Assembly (NCBI GenBank): GCA_963668175.1
Contig: OY764159.1
Coordinates: 1,408,001-1,472,000, forward strand
Direction of reading: 5' to 3'
Source: Syntrophales bacterium
GTDB taxonomy: Bacteria > Desulfobacterota > Syntrophia > Syntrophales > PHBD01
Length of the DNA: 64,000 nucleotides
This document shows, piece by piece, positions 8,687 through 18,155 of this stretch; the first letter of the stretch is position 1; each line of letters opens with the position of its first letter. The notes under the pieces were generated by a model that ran no database searches, was not told where the DNA came from, and worked only from the letters and a program-made list of their open reading frames with translations. The position numbers and the translations under genes are program-made.

Positions 8687-10528
8687 TTACGGTCTGGCAT
8701 CGGGCGGTGCATCGGCCGGAATGACCGGACAGTAGACGACATCGCGTTCGTCGTTCATGCCGATCGGTTTTTCCGTCTTGAGCAGCTGGAACCACACCCG
8801 GATGTTCTCCGCGATGATGATGAAGACCAGGATGATGATACCGATGGACAGCCAGGCGTTCAGCATCTGGTTCCTTGCCAGGTACATCTTGACGTTCAGG
8901 AATCCCGCCGCAAAAGTCGTGACCGTCACGAAGACGCAGGGGATGGCCGTGACCAGGGCGTACGCCTTCTTTGTCGCGATCCTTAAGATGATCGTCGTGC
9001 CGATGGCCAGGGCCAGCGAGGCCAGCGTCTGGTTGGTGGCGCCGAACATGGGCCAGATCGAGGAAATATCGCCGGTATAGAGCAGATAACCCCAGCAGAT
9101 GGAAACGATGGCGCTGGTGACGACGGAGCCGGGGATCCAGTCCTTCCGGGCGAGCGGCTGGTAGATATAGCCCAGGATGTCCTGGAGGATGTAGCGGGCG
9201 ACGCGTGTTCCGGCGTCGATGGTCGTCAGGATAAAGAGGGCCTCGAACATGATGATGAACTGGAACCAGTATTTCATCGTGTGGCGCAGCCCTTCGCCGA
9301 TGTTGGCGAAGACGTGGGCCATGCCGACGGCCAGGGAGATGGCGCCTCCCGGACGGCCGGCGACGTCCAGGCCGACAAGTTGGCTCAACACCGGCAGATC
9401 GATGACCTGCATGCCGAGCTTCTGGAAGACCGCGGGAGCCGTATTGATGGCGAAATAATCGGCCGGTTGCAGCGTGACCGCCGACAGGAGGGCCATGACG
9501 CCGACGAAACCTTCCGTCAGCATGGCGCCGTAGCCGATCATGGGGATTTCCGTTTCATGCTCCACCATTTTCGGCGTCGTTCCCGAGCCGATAAGGGCGT
9601 GGAACCCTGAGATGGCCCCGCAGGCAATGGTGATGAACACATACGGCCACCAGGGACCCGGGATGATGGGGCCGCCGCCGTCCATGAATTTTGTCGTAAA
9701 GCCCATGTTAACCATGGGGTTTACGAAGAAAAGACCTACCGCCAGGGCAGCCACGACGCCGATCTTCATGAAGGTGCTGAGATAGTCGCGCGGAGCCAGG
9801 AGCAGCCAGACGGGAAGAGCCGCCGCGCAGAAACCGTAAAGCGGGAGCAGCACCGACACTTCTTTCTTGTTGAAAGTGAACCAGGAAGCGTAGCTGGATT
9901 CAGCGATAGTAGGCCCGAAAAAGACCGCGGCGCAGACCAGGATCACGCCGACGATGGAGCCGGACATAATCGCTCCGGGTTTGATCCGGAACATGTAGAC
10001 GCCGATGACCATGGCGATGGGAATGGTCATGGCGATGGAAAAGACGCCCCACGGGTTGTTGAACAGGGCGTTCACGACGGCGACGCCCAGACCGGCCAAA
10101 GCGACGATAATAATGAAGAGGATGACGACAGCCGTAACGCCGCCCGTCAGTTTGCTCACGTCTTTCTGGGCGATGACCGAGAGCGACTGGCCCTTGTGCC
10201 GGTAAGACGCGAAGAGGACGATCATGTCATGGACGCAGCCGGCGAAAACGGAACCCAGGAGGATCCAGAAGAAACCGGGTCCCCATCCGTACTGGGCTGC
10301 GAGAACCGGACCGATAAGAGGGCCGGCGCCGGCGATGGCCGCAAAATGATGCCCGAAAACAACCCACTTGTTGGTTGGGACATAGTTCTGGCCGTCGTTG
10401 CAGGTGATGGACGGGGCGATGTTCCGGTCATCCAGCATCAGCACCTTGGCACCGATCCAGGCTGCATAAAAACGGTAGGCCAGCGCAAAAACGCATAAAG
10501 CTGTAACCATTAAAATTAATGCACTCAT
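8687..10528 (-). CDS. cstA: Carbon starvation protein A family transporter (CstA/BtsT-like pyruvate/peptide permease)
   Basis: Multi-pass hydrophobic protein with GHHFAAIAGAGPLIGP, LLAPRDYLS, ITIACGAISGFH, FILTTIDAGTR, WPMFGATNQ; strong AGGAGG RBS. Confidence 0.95.
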   Translation of the reverse strand: MSALILMVTALCVFALAYRFYAAWIGAKVLMLDDRNIAPSITCNDGQNYVPTNKWVVFGHHFAAIAGAGPLIGPVLAAQYGWGPGFFWILLGSVFAGCVHDMIVLFASYRHKGQSLSVIAQKDVSKLTGGVTAVVILFIIIVALAGLGVAVVNALFNNPWGVFSIAMTIPIAMVIGVYMFRIKPGAIMSGSIVGVILVCAAVFFGPTIAESSYASWFTFNKKEVSVLLPLYGFCAAALPVWLLLAPRDYLSTFMKIGVVAALAVGLFFVNPMVNMGFTTKFMDGGGPIIPGPWWPYVFITIACGAISGFHALIGSGTTPKMVEHETEIPMIGYGAMLTEGFVGVMALLSAVTLQPADYFAINTAPAVFQKLGMQVIDLPVLSQLVGLDVAGRPGGAISLAVGMAHVFANIGEGLRHTMKYWFQFIIMFEALFILTTIDAGTRVARYILQDILGYIYQPLARKDWIPGSVVTSAIVSICWGYLLYTGDISSIWPMFGATNQTLASLALAIGTTIILRIATKKAYALVTAIPCVFVTVTTFAAGFLNVKMYLARNQMLNAWLSIGIIILVFIIIAENIRVWFQLLKTEKPIGMNDERDVVYCPVIPADAPPDARP

Positions 10529-10704
10529 AAAGCCTCCTCCTGTTTAGGATTTAGGGAAACAATAATGGCATGACGGTCCCCCTCGGACCGCCGGAAACGC
10601 CTTTAGCGGCGGTCGATATGCCTCCGCCGTTTTTTCTTATGCGTCTGCCTTCTCTTAAGGATATTAATAGGCCCTGGAAGGCGTTGTATGCAATCGGTAT
10701 CCGG

Positions 10705-10732
10705 CAAGTGGCTGTATAAAATGCTGAGCGGT
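10705..10732 (-). promoter_or_regulatory. Putative BtsR (LytTR) direct-repeat site upstream of cstA
   Basis: Minus strand reads ACCGCTCA-N12(AT-rich)-GCCACTTG, resembling the E. coli BtsR/YehT motif ACC[G/A]CT[C/T]A; followed by a possible TTGCAT-N18-TATTAA promoter. Confidence 0.6.
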
Positions 10733-10866
10733 CGGCATGGGGAGTAACGGGCTTTAACGGGGGGAAGGCGATACGGGTGATGCGATTCATGAGATCCATA
10801 AGCCCCTGCCGCGCCCCCATTCTTTATCTACTTTGCTGAAATGTCAAGGATTATTGTTTCCCTGTC

Positions 10867-11577
10867 CTAAAAAACGAGCCTCTCTTTGAGCAATTTCAGG
10901 TATCTCCTGCTCACCGGGACGCGTTTTCCCGACTTTGTCTTGATTTCCGCCAGCATGTTCTCCTGGAGGATGATTTCATCGACGAGATCCATGTTGATCA
11001 GGTACTGTTTGTGACAGCGGACCAAGGCGGTCCTCTCTTCCAGGACCTTCAGCGTCAGGTCCGTAAAAAACTCGCCATTGGGGCATGAGACGTAGATGCC
11101 GGTCTGATTGGAGTGGACGTACTCGATGTCGGCAAGGCTGATCAGCTTGATCCGGTTGACGATGATACAGGGGATGCGGTGGATGTCGGGACCCTTATAG
11201 ACGGGCCTGTTGCCTTCCCTGACCAGCCTTTTCAGCTTCTGGACCGTCTTGCCCAGGCGTTCGGACTCCACCGGCTTCAGAAGGTAGTCGATGGCGTTTT
11301 CATCGAATGCCTTGATGGCGTAGCTGTCGAAAGCCGTGACGAAAACGACGTGGGGCATATCGTCCCGGTCGATCATGCCGAGGCACTCGAAGCCGTCGAT
11401 CACGGGCATCTGGATGTCGAGAAAGAGAACGTCGGGTTTCTTTTCCTTGATGGTCTTGATGGCGTCGAGGGCGTTGCCGCATTTGCCGACGACCGTGAAC
11501 TCGCCCGTTTCCGTGAGCAGGGAGTCCAGCTCTTCCCGGGCGTAGATCTCGTCGTCGACGATGACGGTACGCATCAT
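10867..11577 (-). CDS. btsR: LytTR-family response regulator BtsR/YehT
   Basis: REC domain (IVDDE, FLDIQMP, FVTAF, DYLLKP) plus LytTR domain (RCHKQYLIN, VPVSRRY); ATGA overlap with btsS. Confidence 0.9.
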   Translation of the reverse strand: MMRTVIVDDEIYAREELDSLLTETGEFTVVGKCGNALDAIKTIKEKKPDVLFLDIQMPVIDGFECLGMIDRDDMPHVVFVTAFDSYAIKAFDENAIDYLLKPVESERLGKTVQKLKRLVREGNRPVYKGPDIHRIPCIIVNRIKLISLADIEYVHSNQTGIYVSCPNGEFFTDLTLKVLEERTALVRCHKQYLINMDLVDEIILQENMLAEIKTKSGKRVPVSRRYLKLLKERLVF

Positions 11578-13265
11578 GGCCTGTCTTCCTCCGCGGGGAC
11601 CTGGATCGTCACACGGGTCCATTCGTTGGGAACGCACTGGACGCTTGTACCGTACCGGTTGCCCATGAGCGTCTTGATCCGCCTGTCGACGATCTTGATA
11701 CCCAGGCCGTCGCCCTCTGTCCGATCGAAGTAGGTTCCCGCATTGTCTTCGATCTCGATGACGGCGGTGCCGTTGTTGCGGAAAGCGTGGATCTTGACGA
11801 CACCGTTTTCCAGCATATTCGAGATGCCGTGTTTGATGGCGTTTTCGATCAGGGGCTGGAGCGTGAAGGCGGGCACGGCGAGCTTCAGAAGGCTCGGTTC
11901 GATGTCCATTTCAATGATCAAACGGTCGTCGAACCTGGCTTTCTCGATCTTCAGATAGGAATTGACCTGGTCAAGCTCTTCTTCCAGTGTCGACAGGTCG
12001 CCGGTGCGCTTCAGATTCTTGCGGAAGAATTTAGACAGGTGGATGAGGAGGTCTCTTGCACGGTCGGCATCCGTACGGATGATGGAAATGATCGTATTGA
12101 GCGTGTTGAAGAGGAAGTGGGGATTCACCTGGGCCTGGAGCAGCTTCAATTCGGCGGCCATGAGCAGATTCTTCTGGGTTTCATAGCGGGAGATGAGGAG
12201 CTGGTTGGAAAGGAGGCTGGTGATGCCTTCGCCGAGCGTCTTGTTCATGTTGAGAAACTTCTTGTTCTCCGGTTCGTAGAGCTTGATCGTGCCGATGACG
12301 CGGCTGTCCAGGTTGAGGGGGGCGATCAGCACGGAATGAAGCGGGCATTTTGGCGAATGGGGACATCTGTAGCTGTCGAATGTGCCGTCGATGAAGATGA
12401 CCCTGTTTTCGTCGATGGCCTTCTGACAGAGATCGGACGCGATGGGAACGCCCGACGGGTGGTGGTCCGCGCCGTCGCCTACGAAGGCGAGTACGTTCTG
12501 TGTGTCCGTAATAGCTACCGCGCCGACGCCTGTTTCTTCGTGGATGATGCGGGCGAGATCTGCCGCCGTCTCGCGGTTGAGGCCGCTGCGCAGGAGATTC
12601 AACGTCCGTTCCGCGATCTTGAAGGCCTTGGCCGACGAAAGGGCCGCGACCCGGTCGTAGATGTTCTTCTGGTCCCGGAGGATGCTCATGAAGAGGGCTG
12701 CTCCCATGGAGCTGGAAATGGTCATGGGCAGAATAATGACGGTGACCAGGGCGAGGGCGTCGGCATAGGGCCGCGACACGGCGAGGATAATGGCCATTTG
12801 GACCAATTCCGCGAAGAAGGCCGTGAAGAAAGCGGTCTTGGGGTCGAAAATCAGTTCCGTTCTGTTCTTCCGGAGGATGTAGACATGGACCATGCCGCCG
12901 ATCAGGCCCTCCACCGTCGTGGACAGCCCGCAGGAAATGGCCGTGAAACCGCCGAAGAAATAGCGGTGGAGTCCTCCCGTGAAACCTACGACCGTTCCGA
13001 GAATGGGCCCTCCGATAATGCCGGCGAGCACCGGTCCGATCGCCCTGGTGTTGGCGATGGCGTCCTGGATAGGCATGCCCAGGTACGTGCCCATCACGGA
13101 TATCAATGAAAAGAAGAAATAGAGATAGATTTTGTCCCTGAGGCTTAAGGATTCGGCGGTCAGAGGCTTGAACCAGGGCGATTTACAATACAAGTAGGCC
13201 ACGACCAGGAAGACGGCCATTGCCTGAATGAGATGAAGAAATACGTTCATATGAAAATCCGTCAC
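11574..13265 (-). CDS. btsS: LytS-family sensor histidine kinase BtsS/YehU
   Basis: 5TM-5TMR_LYT (IANTRAIG...GGLHRY), GAF, QAQVNPHFLFNTLN, LQPLIENAIKHG; GTG start overlaps the upstream TGA (alternative ATG at 13250). Confidence 0.92.
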   Translation of the reverse strand: MTDFHMNVFLHLIQAMAVFLVVAYLYCKSPWFKPLTAESLSLRDKIYLYFFFSLISVMGTYLGMPIQDAIANTRAIGPVLAGIIGGPILGTVVGFTGGLHRYFFGGFTAISCGLSTTVEGLIGGMVHVYILRKNRTELIFDPKTAFFTAFFAELVQMAIILAVSRPYADALALVTVIILPMTISSSMGAALFMSILRDQKNIYDRVAALSSAKAFKIAERTLNLLRSGLNRETAADLARIIHEETGVGAVAITDTQNVLAFVGDGADHHPSGVPIASDLCQKAIDENRVIFIDGTFDSYRCPHSPKCPLHSVLIAPLNLDSRVIGTIKLYEPENKKFLNMNKTLGEGITSLLSNQLLISRYETQKNLLMAAELKLLQAQVNPHFLFNTLNTIISIIRTDADRARDLLIHLSKFFRKNLKRTGDLSTLEEELDQVNSYLKIEKARFDDRLIIEMDIEPSLLKLAVPAFTLQPLIENAIKHGISNMLENGVVKIHAFRNNGTAVIEIEDNAGTYFDRTEGDGLGIKIVDRRIKTLMGNRYGTSVQCVPNEWTRVTIQVPAEEDRP

Positions 13266-14686
13266 CTTTTCGGTGGCCCTCCCTTGACCATGGCGGGCTT
13301 GTCCGTCAGCGACTTGATTGCCGCCTCGATATCGTCGGCCCTCTTCGTCCCTTTAGGGAAGAAGGGTATGGCAGCCCGCAGGTGATAGAGGGCGGTGTCC
13401 GTCTTGTTGTTCTTCTTGGCGTGAAGGCCGAAGAAATAGTGCATATCGCCCGGGCGGTTCATCTTTCCATAGGCGAGGGCAATGCTGTAGTACAGATCGG
13501 GATCCTCGACCGGCCTGTCTTCTATCCGCTGAAACAGGGCGAGGGCCGAACCGTAATCTTCCAGGGCGGCGTAAGACCGTCCCATGTACTGGATCGTGTC
13601 CGTATCCGTCGGGTTAATGTCCATGGCCTTCTGCAGCACGGCAATGGCCTCCTTGGGTTTCCCCAATTTGAAAAAAGCGATCCCCATGTCCCTGAGGATA
13701 TCTTCGTCGCCGGGGGAGAGTTTCACCGCCTGGCGGAAGTAAGCGAGTGAGCGGTCCGCCTGCCCGAGCTTGTAAGCGGTGACGGCGGCCCCATATAAAT
13801 CATCGACGTCGTTGGGATTTGTGGCCAGGTTCTCTGTGAAATGCTTCAGGGTCGACTCCAGGCTGGTGCTGCCGAAAAGGAGAACGGTCTGCACGCGTTT
13901 GAAGCCGCCGATGATGTTGTCCCGGCCCCGCTGCCTGTAGGTCGTCTGCAGGAGGGCGTCCATGTATCTTATTCTTTCGTCAGTCCCGGGATGGGTCAGG
14001 AAGTAAGACGGAACGCTCTTCGAATAATATTCGTAGCGGCGCATGAGCTTCATGAAATCAGGCATCCCCTGGGGGTTATAGCCCGTCGCCACGAGGGTCG
14101 CCATGCCCATCCGGTCCGCCTCTTCTTCGTGCTCGCGGCTGTATTTCAGGGTCAGGGTCGTGGCCGTGGCGAGGGAAAACCCCATCACCGCCGCTCCCAG
14201 GTCGCCCCCGCCGCCGAGAAAGGCCGCCGCCAGCATGGCCGTGATGGTGGCGATATTGATCTTCGTCGCCTTATCGACGATCTGCGCGATATGCCGGCCG
14301 TTGACGTGGGCGATTTCATGGGCGATGACACTGGCCAGCTGCGATTCGTTTTCCGCCAGGTTGATGAGGCCCCGGTTCAAATAAATGTAGCCGCCCGGCG
14401 TCGCGAAGGCGTTGACCGCCGAACTCTTGATGACGTAAAAATGGAATTCGAAGGGCGCCTTGTCGCTTTTGGCGAGGACCATGTTGCCCAGCCTGTTGAT
14501 GTAATCGTTGATCTTCGGGTTGCGCAAAAGGACATTGGCCTTTTCCATTTTTTCATAAAACTCACGGCCGATCTTCTTTTCGTCTTCAATGGTAAAAGAC
14601 GCCCGGGCCGTTCCGGCCGGCTGCACGACGAGAAGGCAGCAGACAACGGCCGCAATGATCATCCGTTTCAATCGTAATAGTTGCAA
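13262..14686 (-). CDS. M48 family Zn metalloprotease with TPR repeats (BepA/YfgC-like)
   Basis: Signal peptide, NAFATPGG, HEIAH, YSREHEEEAD, LTHP, C-terminal TPRs. TTG start chosen for its GGAGGT RBS. Confidence 0.88.
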   Translation of the reverse strand: MQLLRLKRMIIAAVVCCLLVVQPAGTARASFTIEDEKKIGREFYEKMEKANVLLRNPKINDYINRLGNMVLAKSDKAPFEFHFYVIKSSAVNAFATPGGYIYLNRGLINLAENESQLASVIAHEIAHVNGRHIAQIVDKATKINIATITAMLAAAFLGGGGDLGAAVMGFSLATATTLTLKYSREHEEEADRMGMATLVATGYNPQGMPDFMKLMRRYEYYSKSVPSYFLTHPGTDERIRYMDALLQTTYRQRGRDNIIGGFKRVQTVLLFGSTSLESTLKHFTENLATNPNDVDDLYGAAVTAYKLGQADRSLAYFRQAVKLSPGDEDILRDMGIAFFKLGKPKEAIAVLQKAMDINPTDTDTIQYMGRSYAALEDYGSALALFQRIEDRPVEDPDLYYSIALAYGKMNRPGDMHYFFGLHAKKNNKTDTALYHLRAAIPFFPKGTKRADDIEAAIKSLTDKPAMVKGGPPKR

Positions 14687-14838
14687 TTTTATTCTACCTC
14701 CGCCCGTCATCTTACCTAATAAACGCTCAATGATAAAGGTTTTTTTTCGGAAGGGGAACATCGGGAAAACCGCGCAGCATTTACGGTTTTATCCTTTGCC
14801 CATAGATTTTTAGGTTTGCACGGTGCCGATTTGCCAAC

Positions 14839-14867
14839 TTGACAAACAGGTGAATTGATCTTAGCAT
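14839..14867 (+). promoter_or_regulatory. Putative sigma70 promoter for the CBS-kinase gene
   Basis: TTGACA-N17-TAGCAT. Confidence 0.55.
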
Positions 14868-15009
14868 ACGCAATGTCGATATGCGGACCGCAGCCTTCCA
14901 ACCGTGCGGGTTGGAAGGACTAACGCCGCTGCAAGTCCTGGCGGCGGAGCATCTAAACCATTGCCAAGCACGATTTACGGGGCTTAGCCGCCTCGACAAA
15001 GGAACCTCT

Positions 15010-15948
15010 ATGCCGTTCAATCTGCCCATCAATACGGAACATTCGCCTAACGCCGTCCTGGAAGTCATCCTGCGGCTGAAGATCAAGGACGCGCTGTTTC
15101 ATGAGATCGTGAAGGCCGACCTGAACTATACGATGAGGGAAATCCAGTGTCTCATGAAAGAGAAGAAGGTATCCGGCGTGCCGATCGTCGAAGACGATCA
15201 TATCGTGGGGATGGTCAGTGTCAACGATATCATGACCGCCCTCGACGAGGGAAGCATAGAGGACAAAGTGGAAGGACACATGGCGAAATCCTTGATCCTT
15301 CTGGAAGAGGATATGCCCCTGGCTTTTGCGATCAACCATTTCAACAAGTTTCCCTACCGTCGTTATCCCGTCATTGACAAGAATAAAAAATTGGTGGGCA
15401 TGATCACGAGCCGGGATATCCTTGTGGCCCTGCTTCATGAATTGGATAAGGAAATCAAAGAGCTGGAGAGTAAAATCGAGGGGGAGCGCATCGAGGTGCC
15501 GGACCATGTGTTCAAGGAGTTCCATCTCAAGCGCTATGACCTGGAAAGCGCCGGGCGTTCTTCCTTCGAGATCAAGAAGGTCCTGAAAGAAAGAAAAGTG
15601 CCCCAGGATATCATCCGCCGGGCGTCGATCGCTTCCTATGAGTTGGAGATCAATGTCGTGATCCATTCTGAAGGAGGCAAACTGGTCTTCTTCGTGGACG
15701 ACAAGTCGGTCACGATCATCACCAAGGATTGCGGGCCGGGTATTGCCGACGTGTCGCTGGTCCTCCAGGAGGGATACTCGACGGCGAACGAATGGATCCG
15801 CTCCCTGGGATTCGGCGCCGGGATGGGAATACCGAATACCCGGCGGGTTTCCGACGAATTCGACATCCATTCCCAGGTGGGACGGGGAACGACCGTCAAA
15901 TCGGTCATCTGGCTGGATAAGGGTCAGGAAGCGATCGGTCAGGCCTGA
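15010..15948 (+). CDS. CBS-pair + RsbT/anti-sigma-type (GHKL) Ser/Thr kinase fusion
   Basis: Two CBS repeats (VSGVPIVE...VGMVSVNDI; RRYPVID...VGMITSRDI) followed by YELEINVVIH, DCGPGI, GYSTA...GFGAGMGIPN, GRGTTV. Confidence 0.88.
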   Translation: MPFNLPINTEHSPNAVLEVILRLKIKDALFHEIVKADLNYTMREIQCLMKEKKVSGVPIVEDDHIVGMVSVNDIMTALDEGSIEDKVEGHMAKSLILLEEDMPLAFAINHFNKFPYRRYPVIDKNKKLVGMITSRDILVALLHELDKEIKELESKIEGERIEVPDHVFKEFHLKRYDLESAGRSSFEIKKVLKERKVPQDIIRRASIASYELEINVVIHSEGGKLVFFVDDKSVTIITKDCGPGIADVSLVLQEGYSTANEWIRSLGFGAGMGIPNTRRVSDEFDIHSQVGRGTTVKSVIWLDKGQEAIGQA

Positions 15949-16129
15949 AGCCGCCGCAGATTATTTGCGTTACCCGAACCTTGCGTGGACCCTTCATCGT
16001 TCGTGGCGAGAATCCATGATTATCCGCAGCCGACGACATCCCGCGCTCTTGCATTCCGTATTTGGGAATTTTCAACGATCCCCTATCCGGGACAGCGGAC
16101 GACATCCGGCGGACCGATGGGGGGATTGC

Positions 16130-16624
16130 CTATTCCGTCAACCCTTTGTCGTGAATTGCTTCGATACGGTCGGCGGCGTCGCCGATGAGCCGGCTGGTGG
16201 GTCCCGAGAGGGTGTGGTGGAAGTCGAAGTCGTAGCCGCGGATGGAGACGATGTGCCCTTCCGGCTCCCTTCCGTAGATGGCCTGAAGGAGGGCGAGGAA
16301 CATGGACGGCGAGATCTGATGGGTGAAAGCGGACGTGGCGTCTTCGGGCAGAACGCGGGCCGAATAGAGATCGCCGCGGTCCTCTCCGACGTGGGCGTCG
16401 ACGAAGACGATCCGCCCGTAAGGGGCCGTGATGTCCATCAATTCCGGCGCAAGCTGATTCAGGAAAATCGCATCCACCGACTCTCCCAGCTCTTCCAGTC
16501 CCGTTTCGTCTTCGGCCAGCAACCTTTGGCCGCGGCGCTCCCGTAAGGTATTCACTACGTAGTACGCGACGCCGTCGTCGGCGCGGTCGCGGTTGCCGAA
16601 ACCGATCACGAGGGTGCGGTTCAT
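16130..16624 (-). CDS. [NiFe]-hydrogenase maturation endopeptidase (HoxW/HyaD family)
   Basis: LVIGFGNRDRADDGVA, QLAPE, FVDA, TH; directly downstream of the large subunit gene. Confidence 0.9.
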   Translation of the reverse strand: MNRTLVIGFGNRDRADDGVAYYVVNTLRERRGQRLLAEDETGLEELGESVDAIFLNQLAPELMDITAPYGRIVFVDAHVGEDRGDLYSARVLPEDATSAFTHQISPSMFLALLQAIYGREPEGHIVSIRGYDFDFHHTLSGPTSRLIGDAADRIEAIHDKGLTE

Positions 16625-16640
16625 CGCCTCTCCGCTTTGC

Positions 16641-16689
16641 AAAAAAAGGGCGCAAGCGCCTGAACCCACGGGGATTCAAACGCTTGCGC
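16641..16689 (-). terminator. Intrinsic terminator between hydrogenase large subunit and protease genes
   Basis: Minus strand GCGCAAGCGTTTGAATCC-CCGT-GGGTTCAGGCGCTTGCGC followed by CC and T7. Confidence 0.75.
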
Positions 16690-16712
16690 GCGTTGTCGGT
16701 TAATGTTTGCGC

Positions 16713-18143
16713 CTAGCGGGCTATCCGGTCCAAAACCGTACCGTCGGCCGCAATCAGCGTGATCTCCAGGGGCATCTGGCCCAGCGCATGGGTGGCGCAG
16801 GACAGGCACGGATCGTAGCAGCGGATCGCCGCCTCCACCCGGTTCAGCATCCCTTCCGTCAGTTTGTTGCCGTCGACGAAGGCCTTGGCGACCAGGCCCG
16901 AAGCGGTATGCATGGCCCAGTTGTTGTTTCCCGTCGCGACGATCAGGTTGATCCTCGTCAGGAGGCCGTTCTCGTCCGTCGAGTAGTCGTGGAACAAAGT
17001 CCCACGCGGGGCCTCGATGACACCGACTCCCTGGCCGCCGATCTTGTCGGTTGTGGGATAGGCCCTGATGTCCTCGGAGAGGATGTCCGGATCGTCCAGA
17101 AGCTCGCCGATGCGCTCCAGGGCGTAAACGATTTCGATCAGCCGGGCGTAATGGTAGTAGAGGGACCCCTCGACGGGTTTGCCGCCGCCTATCTGCTTGA
17201 ACACCTTGAACTCTTCCTGGGCGAGGGGTGTGCCGATCTTGTCGATGACGTTGAGCCTTCCCAGCGGTCCCACCCGGTAGGTCCCGTTCGGCCATCCAAG
17301 TTTCCGGTAGTACGGATACTTGAGGAACGACCAGGACTCCACATGCTCCGCCACATGGGCGAGGTAATGTTCGGGCTTGAACTGGGCGACCAGTTTCCCC
17401 TCCGAATCCTTGACCCGGATCTCGCCGTCGTAAAGCTGCAGGCCGCCTTCAAGGTCGACGAGCCCCATGTAATTGGACGGGAAGGAGGCGAAGGCCTTGG
17501 CCAGGTCCGCGTTCTCCGTCAAATAGTTCTTACCGATGGCCACGGCCGTCTTGGCGATATCGATCATCGTGTCCCGTTCCTTGGCGATGGCGTCGCGGTC
17601 CTTCTTGGACAGCGGATTGTTGACGCCTCCGGGGACGGCGAAGTTGGGATGAATGCGTTTCGCACCAAGCCTTTCGATGATCTGCTGGCCGTAGCGGCGC
17701 AGGTTCACCGCCTTCAGGGCCAGGTCCGGATTGGCCTTGATGATGCCGAAGACGTTGCGGTCCTTCGGATCGGCGTCGAAGCCGAAAACCAGGTCGGGCG
17801 CCGCCAGGTGGAAAAAGTGCATGCCGTGGGACTGCACCATCTGGCCCATGTGCATCAGTTCCCGGAGCAATTTTGCCGGCCGCGGCGGTTCCAGGCGGGC
17901 GACACCGTCGCAGGCCTTGGCCGCCGCCAGGTGATGGCTGACGGGACAGATGCCGCAGATGCGTTGTGTCAGCTGTGTCATTTCGAAGTAGGGACGGCCC
18001 TCGCAAAATTTCTCCAGGCCGCGGAATTCATCGACGTGGAAGAAGGTCTGGTCTACTGCACCCTGCTCATTGAGATGGATCGTGACCCGCCCGTGGCCTT
18101 CGATGCGTGTCACCGGTTCAATGGTTATTTTACGTGCATCCAT
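16713..18143 (-). CDS. hoxH: Group 3 [NiFe]-hydrogenase large subunit (HoxH/HydL-like)
   Basis: TRIEGH, L1 motif RICGICPVSH, EAPRG, L2 motif DPCLSCATH followed by a cleavable C-terminal extension; all four ligands are Cys (no Sec). Confidence 0.95.
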   Translation of the reverse strand: MDARKITIEPVTRIEGHGRVTIHLNEQGAVDQTFFHVDEFRGLEKFCEGRPYFEMTQLTQRICGICPVSHHLAAAKACDGVARLEPPRPAKLLRELMHMGQMVQSHGMHFFHLAAPDLVFGFDADPKDRNVFGIIKANPDLALKAVNLRRYGQQIIERLGAKRIHPNFAVPGGVNNPLSKKDRDAIAKERDTMIDIAKTAVAIGKNYLTENADLAKAFASFPSNYMGLVDLEGGLQLYDGEIRVKDSEGKLVAQFKPEHYLAHVAEHVESWSFLKYPYYRKLGWPNGTYRVGPLGRLNVIDKIGTPLAQEEFKVFKQIGGGKPVEGSLYYHYARLIEIVYALERIGELLDDPDILSEDIRAYPTTDKIGGQGVGVIEAPRGTLFHDYSTDENGLLTRINLIVATGNNNWAMHTASGLVAKAFVDGNKLTEGMLNRVEAAIRCYDPCLSCATHALGQMPLEITLIAADGTVLDRIAR

Positions 18144-18155
18144 AGAAGTTCTCCT

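Noticed and set aside
14815..14840. Possible sigma54 promoter
   Set aside because: GG-to-GC spacing is 9 nt rather than 10 and the TGGCAC element is not matched.
14940..14970. CTAAACCATTGC resembling part of a c-di-GMP-I riboswitch
   Set aside because: The GCAAACC...GAAA...GGGACGCAAAG core is absent; chance match.
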